Assembly: GCA_034226945.1 (NCBI GenBank)
Contig: CP120461.1
Location: 868,001 to 932,000, forward strand
From: Picochlorum sp. SENEW3
Lineage: Eukaryota
Direction: 5' to 3'
DNA: 64,000 nt
Position 1 is the stretch's first letter, and the number at the start of each line of letters is the position of its first letter. Made by a program: the position numbers and the translations under genes. Shown here piece after piece: positions 22,901-31,831 of this stretch. The notes below the pieces were generated by a model. The model did not search any database. It was not told the DNA's origin and saw nothing but the letters and a program-made list of their open reading frames with translations.

Positions 22901-25357
22901 TTAAACAACCTCCATGGCCGTGACCGTTGCAGCAACGAGTTTCTTCAAATGTCCCAACTGTACAAGTACCTTTTGCTGGTCCTGTGATTTGTGTTCAAAG
23001 TTTTGCACGGAGCCCTCAACAGTGTCGAGCAAAGAGAGCACTTTGAGCTCTAGAATTGTCTTTAATGCATCTCGCTCTTCTGCCCACGTGTTCACAGCTT
23101 CTGCGTGGTCAGGCGCAGCTGCCATGTGTGTGGGCCGTTCCGCTTGATGTGCTTCTCTTCTGGGAGATTCAGCCTGCTCCTTCTCGTCAACTACGAGCCC
23201 ATCTTTCTCGGCACCTTCCTCTTCATTTCCATCCAAGCTTACTTTACTGCTCAGCTCAGAAGTCACTTCGAGAGGACCATTTGCAGAATCTTCATTGTGT
23301 TCCACCTCGCCAAGCATCACAGACAATGAACACTCGTCCTGTTCATCGTCAACATTGCATTCCGAAGCACTGTTCTCTTTTGAAAACGTTATGGAAGCTA
23401 GCCGTTTGCGAATAGAGATGAGTTGTGCGGTTCTCCTGTCCAAAGCGTCCTCTGTCTCTTTCAACCTCTTCTCTGTGGACTCCAATGAAGACTGCAGATC
23501 TAACAATTCTTTGTCCCTCTCACCCAACCGTTTGGTCAGAGCAACCATAACATCTCGTTGCTTCAGTAAAAGCGTCTTTAGTCTCTCAGTTGCGGCCTTG
23601 TCTTCCGCTATCAGCCTTCTTTCATTCTCCAACTCTGCCAGCCTGCGCTCATATTCCTCCCGGATTTTGTTCTGCTCTCTTGCTAAAAGATTTCTAAATG
23701 CAGGAGTGTCCTGTACACTTTGCCCTCCGACCAAAAGCTGACTTTGCATGGAAGATATTCGTTTCTGAAGCGATGCCATCGCAGCTTTCTGCCGAGCAAT
23801 CTCTGCGGACTGCCTCTCAAGAGCAGAAATGGCAGCAATTTTATCAGCTTGCTCCTTTCTCCGAGCCTCTTCCAGCTGTAAAACAAGCCTTTTATCCACC
23901 AAGTCTTTACCTCTAGCCTGTAACTCGGCCCGTAAACGCTTCAGCTCCCTCTCATACTTTTTCAGCAATGTTCTTTGATTTTCATCCTCATTCACCCGTG
24001 GTGCATTCTTCACACGTTTCGCCCTGTTGGCAAATTTCAGTGTCGACAGAGACTCCGAAAATGCTTCCACAGCCGGAGAAATCACAGCAACAAACGTAGT
24101 TTTACAATTTCCTCCGAGAGAGTCCTCAAGAATCCTCGTCAATTTTGAATCCCTGTATGGAATGTGGGCCTTGACCTGCTTCCTCTTTGGATCCGTGAGC
24201 GCCCCAATCACATTTCCTAACGCACTTAGACTTTGATTTATCTTTTTACTTTCTTCCAAACGAGCGCCGCGAGCTCCAGTAAGATGCACTCGCTCGCTTC
24301 CAGCCAGATCCACCAAATTCAGCTTGCCCATGCACACGCTTCGCTGCATCTGACCACCACTATCAGAGCCTTTGGAGATGTAACTCTTTTCCACCACGAG
24401 TATAAAAATGGCATGGGACCTGGAAGATAACTCATTCAATCGAGTAGACCCAGTCATACGCGCCTCTGCTCCACGAGACATCAGATCGTACACATCTGCT
24501 GGCGTTCGCACCACCCATTCGCTCAACCCTTCCACAAAGACCCCTCGCTTTGCATCCTCTCGAATCATCAAATTCTTGCTTTCAGGCTTCAGCAAATCAG
24601 ATATAACTTCATTATATATCTGTAGATACGAAGCCCTCACCAAATAGTTCACAGGGGCATCCATGGTTGCCTCCTCTCTATGAAAATCTTGAGAAATGTG
24701 CTCAAAAATGTCATCCACCGACCTGGGAATAATACCCCTCCCCTCCCCGGTCAACGTCCCCGTCATCGTGTGCGTCTTCCCTGCCCCCGTCTGACCATAC
24801 GCGATAATCGAAGCATTATATCCCTGTAGCACATTCATCGCTACATCCCTTGCAGACTCAAAATACACATCTTCCTGCCTCGACTCCGGTGAGTACACCT
24901 TGTCAAACCCAAACCTATAGGTATTGTATACAATCCCATTCTCCACTCCTCCAGAAGCAATCGAGTCCAAATTCTCAGACAAGGTCAACGAATCAGTTGT
25001 CTCACTCTTCTCTATTGAAAATGCTGGGGCATAGGAGTGATACCCTTCCAGCTCCCGTGACAATGGAGGTCGAACTCGCACAATCACCTTGACACTACCA
25101 TCCCCAGGATCACTTGTAGTCTCACAACCATCGACGCAATCAGGACGTACGCCCGTTGTCGCCTCAACCACCTGTTCAGCACCGTACCCTGCAAACGTGC
25201 GCCTCACAACCTGATCCCCATCCATAGGTTCCATCTCATTTTCTATATTCTCATGGATACTATATCCGGCCATGGGAAAGCCGACAAGAGGCTGAGTCTC
25301 AGTGAGAGTTGGTTGAGAAGACTCATCCTCAGTCACCCTCGGACCTTGGCTGTCCAT
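22901..25357 (-). CDS. Kinesin motor protein with coiled-coil stalk (subfamily not assigned)
   Basis: VRVRP, YGQTGAGKT (P-loop), SSRSH, LVDLAGSE, HIPYRDSKLTR. Confidence 0.95.
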   Translation of the reverse strand: MDSQGPRVTEDESSQPTLTETQPLVGFPMAGYSIHENIENEMEPMDGDQVVRRTFAGYGAEQVVEATTGVRPDCVDGCETTSDPGDGSVKVIVRVRPPLSRELEGYHSYAPAFSIEKSETTDSLTLSENLDSIASGGVENGIVYNTYRFGFDKVYSPESRQEDVYFESARDVAMNVLQGYNASIIAYGQTGAGKTHTMTGTLTGEGRGIIPRSVDDIFEHISQDFHREEATMDAPVNYLVRASYLQIYNEVISDLLKPESKNLMIREDAKRGVFVEGLSEWVVRTPADVYDLMSRGAEARMTGSTRLNELSSRSHAIFILVVEKSYISKGSDSGGQMQRSVCMGKLNLVDLAGSERVHLTGARGARLEESKKINQSLSALGNVIGALTDPKRKQVKAHIPYRDSKLTRILEDSLGGNCKTTFVAVISPAVEAFSESLSTLKFANRAKRVKNAPRVNEDENQRTLLKKYERELKRLRAELQARGKDLVDKRLVLQLEEARRKEQADKIAAISALERQSAEIARQKAAMASLQKRISSMQSQLLVGGQSVQDTPAFRNLLAREQNKIREEYERRLAELENERRLIAEDKAATERLKTLLLKQRDVMVALTKRLGERDKELLDLQSSLESTEKRLKETEDALDRRTAQLISIRKRLASITFSKENSASECNVDDEQDECSLSVMLGEVEHNEDSANGPLEVTSELSSKVSLDGNEEEGAEKDGLVVDEKEQAESPRREAHQAERPTHMAAAPDHAEAVNTWAEERDALKTILELKVLSLLDTVEGSVQNFEHKSQDQQKVLVQLGHLKKLVAATVTAMEVV

Positions 25358-25568
25358 GGTTGGATTTTTTCTTGGCTTCTCTAAATTTGCTTATTATTTT
25401 TATTGAGTGATACGAGTCGCTGATATGGCTCAGTGGAATGAGGGATCGAGTTCCTTGATTAGTACAAAGAACAGCTGTTTTTTCTCTCATTCCTATCCTT
25501 GCACGCTCCAATCTTTTGTACACTGTATTGCCGATCCATTTCACCACATAATCATCACGCACAATTGA

Positions 25569-27242
25569 ATGCATCCTCGTCATGTAGCGGAATTTGTGAA
25601 TGGTTGGGTTGGGTGGAGGACTTTGGCAGAAAGGGTGCCGTTGTCTGATACAGATGGCTCTCATCCGTGTCGTCCAAGGGCACACGTTGTAAAGTACATA
25701 TCAGAATGGTGGGGTCGCTTAATGGGGGATTCTGCTGGCTACAGATTTGTCGTCTTTCTGACTCTGCCTTCAGTAGAAAGTATAGAGTGTATGCTTGGGT
25801 GTCTGGGTGGTGGGCATGTGGTGGTGCCGATCAATTGGCGATGGAGTATACAGGAGATGGTGGATGCATTGGATGGTTTGGTGGATGGGGAGGTTGTTCA
25901 GGTTGTCGTCGATGAGCATTTTGAGACCATGGGGCTCACGTTGAGTGATGATTGGAATGCAATGCATGCCCTTCAGGTGGAGGTAGTGCGTGTACAACAG
26001 CTGATGTCTCTGTGCAAAACAAATAAGCGAGTGAACGATACATGTGCGAACAAATGGGTGCTGCTCAAGGCTCCTGATGATGTGGCATTTGTAATCTTCA
26101 CGTCTGGTACAACATCAAGACCAAAGGGTGCCATGATTACGCATGATGCCATGATATTTCAGTGCTATAATAAACACATATGCTGTGGATACTGTGATTT
26201 GGATGTGTACTTGCATATGGCGCCCATGTTTCATGTGGGAGGACTGGTGAGTGCTTTGGCCATGGTGTCTGTTGGTGCGGCGCATGTCTGCATGCCAGGG
26301 CCCCATTTTGACGCCAGTGTTGCATTGGAGCTGCTTCGTATGTATTCTTGTACATCATTCATTGCTGTTCCCACTATGATGAATGATTTGATGGAGGTGG
26401 CTATGAGCAAGAAGTGCTCACTGGATCATGTGGAGCGAGTGTTGATTGGAGCAGGTGGATTGAGCCAAAGGACAATGGAGCGCATGGCAACCAGTATGCC
26501 TCGGGCGGTTGTGTATACAGCGTATGGGATGACGGAAGCTTGTAGTTCCATGACATATGCGGTTGCGGGTAACACGCGCGAGAAGGACCTAGGGGTACCA
26601 GGGAGTGCCTATGTTGGGAAACCTCCCAGGGGGATTTACATGGCAATTCTCGCACCTGATGGGTGCATTAAGAGGGAGGGACGAGGGGAGCTGCTGACAC
26701 GCGGTCGACATACGTTTTTGAAATATTGTATGAGGGACCAACCCACGGCAACTGGTACCAGAGATCAACATGGCACTGCATGGTTCAAGACTGGAGACTT
26801 GGGGTGCATCAGGAGTATGCAGGACGGGACGCCGGAGATTTGGCTCCTTGGTAGGGTTAAAGATATGATAAAAACAGGAGGAGAAAATGTATCCGCAATA
26901 GAAGTTGAGCAGGTTGTATCGATGCACCCTGATGTTCGGGAGTGCAGTGTATTTGGTGTGCCAGATTCCACATGGGGTGAGGCAGTGACTGTCGCAGTCG
27001 TACTGCATACCAATCATGGTGAACAGCCACAAGTTATTCGTGCATCATCACGAAACAATACTATGTATGCATCCATCAAGTCACATTGCCTTTCGAACGG
27101 AATGTCATCATATAAGATACCAAAGCTGGTTGTTGTGTACTCACAACAACTTCCAAGGAATGCAACTGGAAAAGTGCTCAAGCAGCAACTGCGTCAGACA
27201 ATTGTGTCTCTTTTACATGAAAAACGAATATCAAAACTGTAA
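25569..27242 (+). CDS. menE: Peroxisomal AMP-dependent CoA ligase, likely o-succinylbenzoate-CoA ligase (MenE/AAE14)
   Basis: FTSGTTSRPKG, YLHMAPMFHVGG, YGMTEACSS, TGDLG, IKTGGENV, PRNATGK; C-terminal PTS1 SKL. Confidence 0.75.
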   Translation: MHPRHVAEFVNGWVGWRTLAERVPLSDTDGSHPCRPRAHVVKYISEWWGRLMGDSAGYRFVVFLTLPSVESIECMLGCLGGGHVVVPINWRWSIQEMVDALDGLVDGEVVQVVVDEHFETMGLTLSDDWNAMHALQVEVVRVQQLMSLCKTNKRVNDTCANKWVLLKAPDDVAFVIFTSGTTSRPKGAMITHDAMIFQCYNKHICCGYCDLDVYLHMAPMFHVGGLVSALAMVSVGAAHVCMPGPHFDASVALELLRMYSCTSFIAVPTMMNDLMEVAMSKKCSLDHVERVLIGAGGLSQRTMERMATSMPRAVVYTAYGMTEACSSMTYAVAGNTREKDLGVPGSAYVGKPPRGIYMAILAPDGCIKREGRGELLTRGRHTFLKYCMRDQPTATGTRDQHGTAWFKTGDLGCIRSMQDGTPEIWLLGRVKDMIKTGGENVSAIEVEQVVSMHPDVRECSVFGVPDSTWGEAVTVAVVLHTNHGEQPQVIRASSRNNTMYASIKSHCLSNGMSSYKIPKLVVVYSQQLPRNATGKVLKQQLRQTIVSLLHEKRISKL

Positions 27243-27243
27243 T

Positions 27244-28278
27244 TTATGCATATTTCTCTGGACTCTTGAGCGCCAGGAAATCCTTCATATGGGAAACCAT
27301 TTTCGGTGGCCACCTCCGGACCCTTGCCAACCAGTCCATATCTTCATACTTTGCGCAGCCGACTGTGATCGAATTACATGCAAACTCCCACTCAGACTCT
27401 GCACTGATCGCATTCCCTCGTGCCCAGTACATGGCTGCCAAAGCTGCTCGCATGTCGGCAGAGCCAGGTGCTCTCCTTGCAATGCCCTTCATCTCCTTCA
27501 ATGCAGTCTCGTCATCTCCTAATTGAGCTGCCATCAACGCCGCATTGCTAAACGCGAAAATCGATCCATCGAGTCGTCGCTGCATCCCACCAGCCCTTCC
27601 GTTGGATACCCGCGAGGTTTGAAACCCTCGAGCACTTGATAGGTACTTGTTCCGCGCATCCTTCCACCTTCCCAAAGAGGCATAACAGTTTCCCAAAGAG
27701 TTCTCTACATACGGATCGGGAGGGCTTCCACAATTCTTTGCTATTTGTATGGATTGTTCGTATGCATCCGCTGCGTCCCCGAAACGATCAATGCCCTCCA
27801 ATGCTAATGCCATTCCAGACAGCACTCGTGCTGTATTCAAAGAATCCCCCTCTCGCTCACGAAGAAGGCCGAGCAGCGTATCATAATCAGACAATGCCTT
27901 GGCAAAATCCTTCCCATCCACATGAGTCGTTGCTCGCATTTCTAAGTAGGCTACATTGTCCGGCGATATATCCAACAACTGGTCCAGTGCCTGCACAGCT
28001 TGCCCAAACTCCCGCTCTCCATACGCCTGCCGTGCAACACTCTCCAAGACCTGTATTTGATCCATCTCATCCGCATGTACAAGGCCCCCATGTGGAGTCC
28101 AGTTGAGTACGAGACCCGCAGTATAACCTCCAAGAAACAACATGCGACGCCGAGAGCGGACAGAGAAGGACACTTGTTCCCCGATCGCGCGCCACCTCCT
28201 CATTAATTGGGTTCTATTAGGCCTACTGATTTCATTTCTATACCAGTGCTGAGGCTGACACACGTGTCTGCTTGCCAT
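27244..28278 (-). CDS. TPR protein, likely plastid/thylakoid (cyanobacterial-type family ending RRWPP)
   Basis: Several TPR helices; DMRAALAAMYW and WLARVRRWPPKM motifs; RR plus hydrophobic stretch plus VHA in the presequence. Confidence 0.75.
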   Translation of the reverse strand: MASRHVCQPQHWYRNEISRPNRTQLMRRWRAIGEQVSFSVRSRRRMLFLGGYTAGLVLNWTPHGGLVHADEMDQIQVLESVARQAYGEREFGQAVQALDQLLDISPDNVAYLEMRATTHVDGKDFAKALSDYDTLLGLLREREGDSLNTARVLSGMALALEGIDRFGDAADAYEQSIQIAKNCGSPPDPYVENSLGNCYASLGRWKDARNKYLSSARGFQTSRVSNGRAGGMQRRLDGSIFAFSNAALMAAQLGDDETALKEMKGIARRAPGSADMRAALAAMYWARGNAISAESEWEFACNSITVGCAKYEDMDWLARVRRWPPKMVSHMKDFLALKSPEKYA

Positions 28279-28356
28279 TGCTCACGGTACGTTCGTGTAC
28301 CAGTTACGCAAGACCCATCGATGTCCACGTATATATCTTCACGTGGACCACATGAT

Positions 28357-28953
28357 TCAATCGTGAAATCGAATGTGGCGACCTCCCGCACGAGTGACCC
28401 TCGTCACTGCCTTCAGATTCCCTTCAACATTTTCCTTGGAAGAAGAATTGCTGATTGCCTGGTGGCAATCCTTGTCCATCTGCATACCTCCAGGCTGCTC
28501 CGCGGATTTCGCCTTCTTCTTCTTCTTCTTCTTCTTCTTCTTCTTCTTTGTCGTCTTTTTCTTGCCATCATTGCCCTGTGGAGTGCTGGCTCTCTCCACA
28601 TCCTCCCGAATTTCTCCTTCTTCTTCTTTGTCTTTTTCCTTACCTTGCGCTGCTTGGCTGGTATCCTTGTCGCTGTTATGGCCATCATCTGCGACAGTAT
28701 CGAATGCTACCTCGAGATCTAGTCTTTCCAGCATGCGCTCCACCTCCTCCAACAAGTCTGTTTTCCGTTTCTCCAACGTCCCACCAACCGTCAACGCAGC
28801 ACCATCCTCGGAACCGTTATTGTTCTCCTTCTCTGGTACCTCTTCTGCCACAGATTGACGATAATAATACGGTGTTCTCAACATGCCATCCAAATCAAGC
28901 GATTCGAGGTCGTTTTCGTAGGTCGTATGGTTTCTCATTTTTGTGACACACAA
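28357..28953 (-). CDS. Uncharacterised charged low-complexity protein with a K12 run; start uncertain
   Basis: 198-codon ORF with E/K-rich composition, filling the space between other genes; no recognisable domain. Confidence 0.45.
   Translation of the reverse strand: MCVTKMRNHTTYENDLESLDLDGMLRTPYYYRQSVAEEVPEKENNNGSEDGAALTVGGTLEKRKTDLLEEVERMLERLDLEVAFDTVADDGHNSDKDTSQAAQGKEKDKEEEGEIREDVERASTPQGNDGKKKTTKKKKKKKKKKKKAKSAEQPGGMQMDKDCHQAISNSSSKENVEGNLKAVTRVTRAGGRHIRFHD
28513..28548. repeat. (CTT)12 microsatellite, encoding poly-Lys (AAG)12 on the minus strand
   Basis: Directly visible in the sequence. Confidence 0.95.
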
Positions 28954-29211
28954 AGAAACGTCAGCAGACGGGAGAATGGGCGTTCATGGAACAATACTTG
29001 GTTAATATATATGTGATACGATATATTAGCAGTAATTGCACTGCATCTAATACGTATTCAGAACAGAGAAAAAATCTCCATAAATAGAACATTAAGTACC
29101 ATGGGACTTGACCAACAGAATTGGTACTGACGAGATTGCAACGGTATCATCATCAAATACGGATAGATATGGACTAAAGATACTCAATTTTTTTATATGT
29201 ACTACGTCATC

Positions 29212-29574
29212 ATGGCATTGCGGACTATTACAGCTCTGGCTCTTCTTGTCGTGGCTATGAGTGCCACCTCTCGTGTTGGAGTCCAGGCGAGCACGATTCC
29301 AACAACCTGTATTGGATCGACGTGTTACACCTGTCCAGAGTATTGCGATGAAATCCAAGTAGGTGATGTTAGCGATCCGTCGTCGTGCCAATGCTCAGGA
29401 AGCAGCGAATTTTGTAACAATGCTGTGTGTACTGCTGTGGCCAATGATGGCGGTGACGACACTGTTTCTCTTCCATCTGGTGGGTCAGCAACACTGGGAG
29501 GATTCTCGTGCATGTTTACAAATACTATTGTATGCATGTGTATTATTTTCATTATGAGGTTGATAATGGTGTAA
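29212..29574 (+). CDS. Small secreted Cys-rich protein with hydrophobic C-terminus (GPI- or TM-anchored candidate)
   Basis: Signal peptide MALRTITALALLVVA; 8-Cys core; S/G linker; hydrophobic tail; stop lies within TGTAA. Confidence 0.55.
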   Translation: MALRTITALALLVVAMSATSRVGVQASTIPTTCIGSTCYTCPEYCDEIQVGDVSDPSSCQCSGSSEFCNNAVCTAVANDGGDDTVSLPSGGSATLGGFSCMFTNTIVCMCIIFIMRLIMV

Positions 29575-29690
29575 CAAGAACATGAAGTGCACTTGTCTGC
29601 AAGACATGCTCAAATGCATTTGGGAGGATGCTACCCTAGAGCACAATAGCTTGAAGATTTCCATACTGTGTGCTGTGAATAGGAGATGTA

Positions 29691-31106
29691 TTAAGCTTTT
29701 GGACAATAATTTGTGGACAAATAGGCAGGCACCCTACGCAGGTACGTCTTTGCTTGCTTCAAAACGTATGAAAACTCTTCGTCACAGACACACCTATAGT
29801 TGTCATATCCTCCACATTTCGCAAGCGCTGCGCGTGTTGCCTTGATGCGAATGGTTCCCATATTCTGATACAAGGCGGCCAATCCTTTATTTTTCACCCT
29901 CAAATAGCCCCTTGATTGTCTTTGACTGCTGAATTCGTATTTGAAGTAGAATCCAGCTTGGGTTGACAGGCGATATGTATCATATTCTCCTCCTCCTTGT
30001 TTGAAAAACTCGTGGCCAGCTCCCATACCACCGCCACCTTCGATATAAAAGAATCCATTGGCGGTTTTCTTGATCAAGCTCCCAAGAGAGTCGTACAGAT
30101 CTAGGACATTTCTAGAGTACAGTTTGATCAGGGTTGCATTGTATGTATTCTCCTTATCGCCATTAGACGATGCATCCTTATCTTGTTTGTAATACGAAAA
30201 CTCAACACCCTCAAAGGTTGTATCACTTCCAGTACCCGTTCCAGTCCCAAGACCGAGGCCGTTCAATGCACCACTTCCATCACAAAAGTTTGCCCCTCCT
30301 CCTCCGCCACCACCAAGATTGGTGTGTGTTTTATTGGAAGTCATGCCAGCACCACCGCCACCTCCCCACCCAAATACAGCTGTATCATCCACATACACTT
30401 CTGCTCCATAACCTCCACCACCACCACCCCCAATGCCGTAGTACATTGGATCTCTCGCAATGTAGTCACTTGGGGCATACATTCGCTTAGCATCAAACTG
30501 AGGATAATCCTTTTTGAATTGCTTCACAGCATCGGCTCCCAACTGTTGGGACAGCGAAGACCAATCCTCGCTATCGCCATTAAATGTAAGGAGCTTTTTT
30601 CTGCTCTTGGTGGAAATCGATATCAAAAGGTCTCCCAGCTTTTTGGACCGACCAACAGGATTCAGGGCAGTCGAACTCAGTGGGATATCCCTGGGAACCG
30701 ACCCAATGCTGGAAGCATACGCAACCAACTTGCAGACTGCCTTTCCTGGACTTACATTACTCTCAGGTCGCCACGGAAGTGGCTGTCGCATGCATGGCCA
30801 CTGTGTCTGGTCAACCCCATCCACCTGGGTGACATAATACTCCATAAAGCCCACCATGTGTCGCTTTCCAATCTTCGCACGCTCCCTAATCCGATCCACC
30901 ATTTTAAATGACGTTAAATAGGTTTCGTAACAATGCCTCTGGACATATGGAAGATCAGGCACGCCTTCACAGTCATCTTCATGCTGGATAAGGCACTTTA
31001 TTTTCTTGCCTTGGGGGACACAAATGGTCGTGTCATATTCCTGAGCAGAGACGTATAGCGGCATGAAAACCACCAATACAGTGATAAAGAATGCTTCTTT
31101 GCGCAT
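29691..31106 (-). CDS. Secreted glycine-rich protein of unknown function, intronless
   Basis: Signal peptide MRKEAFFITVLVVFMPLYVSA; G7, G5, G7 and G4 runs; Cys-containing N- and C-terminal regions; about 470-codon ORF. Confidence 0.7.
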   Translation of the reverse strand: MRKEAFFITVLVVFMPLYVSAQEYDTTICVPQGKKIKCLIQHEDDCEGVPDLPYVQRHCYETYLTSFKMVDRIRERAKIGKRHMVGFMEYYVTQVDGVDQTQWPCMRQPLPWRPESNVSPGKAVCKLVAYASSIGSVPRDIPLSSTALNPVGRSKKLGDLLISISTKSRKKLLTFNGDSEDWSSLSQQLGADAVKQFKKDYPQFDAKRMYAPSDYIARDPMYYGIGGGGGGGYGAEVYVDDTAVFGWGGGGGAGMTSNKTHTNLGGGGGGGANFCDGSGALNGLGLGTGTGTGSDTTFEGVEFSYYKQDKDASSNGDKENTYNATLIKLYSRNVLDLYDSLGSLIKKTANGFFYIEGGGGMGAGHEFFKQGGGEYDTYRLSTQAGFYFKYEFSSQRQSRGYLRVKNKGLAALYQNMGTIRIKATRAALAKCGGYDNYRCVCDEEFSYVLKQAKTYLRRVPAYLSTNYCPKA

Positions 31107-31831
31107 TATTTCAATTATTTTTGTACACGGGTCCAAAGTATCTCAGAAACCCTGTCGTGTCCTCTTCGCTCGCCACCTGCACGTGCAAGGAGCTGCGATG
31201 GCAAATCGATGGATACAGCGTAATTCACACAAATCAGATTCCAATTTATCTAGCATCCATAAAGTTCTAGAGGTGATGAGTTTGCATTACATATCATGGT
31301 GGCATCAGATGCTACTACCGTAAACCCTCTTCGTGGTCATCATGGCACGTGGTATCAAGCAACTTGCCTGCTGGTTAGCAGCACCAGGAATCCCATTCCT
31401 AGGACCAGGCCACACAACCCAAAGGGCACAAGGGCTTCAGTGTAGCGATGCTATGGTATTCTGATCTCTTCACAATGCATTCATGATAGATGGCTGTCAT
31501 CCATCCAATGCCTGCAGGCTCTGGCAGAGATGCATATATATGCATATGCAATTGATGCATCAATTCACAAAAGGGCGCCACCATTTTCAAATGTCACCGG
31601 GTGAATGAACCGTCACTGGTTGGTTACAAGCGTGCACTGGTTCCTTCTTTATAGTAAATTTATTTATTTATTCAATCATTTCACAGATTTTATGGTTGGT
31701 CTTGTATTCAAAGTGGAATAGAAGAGGCAATAGCGTTTTCAGATGAACCGAATGGAAGACGCAGAGAACAGGCAATAGCGTCTGGTTGGCATAACCATCC
31801 CTCTATAGTACAGTTTCATAGAAAAAGGATA

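Noticed and set aside
28207..28946. Poly-Leu, poly-Phe, poly-Ser and poly-Arg ORFs in other frames
   Set aside because: All arise from the (CTT)12 microsatellite
30183..30911. 242-aa Thr-rich plus-strand ORF
   Set aside because: Shadow of the polyglycine gene
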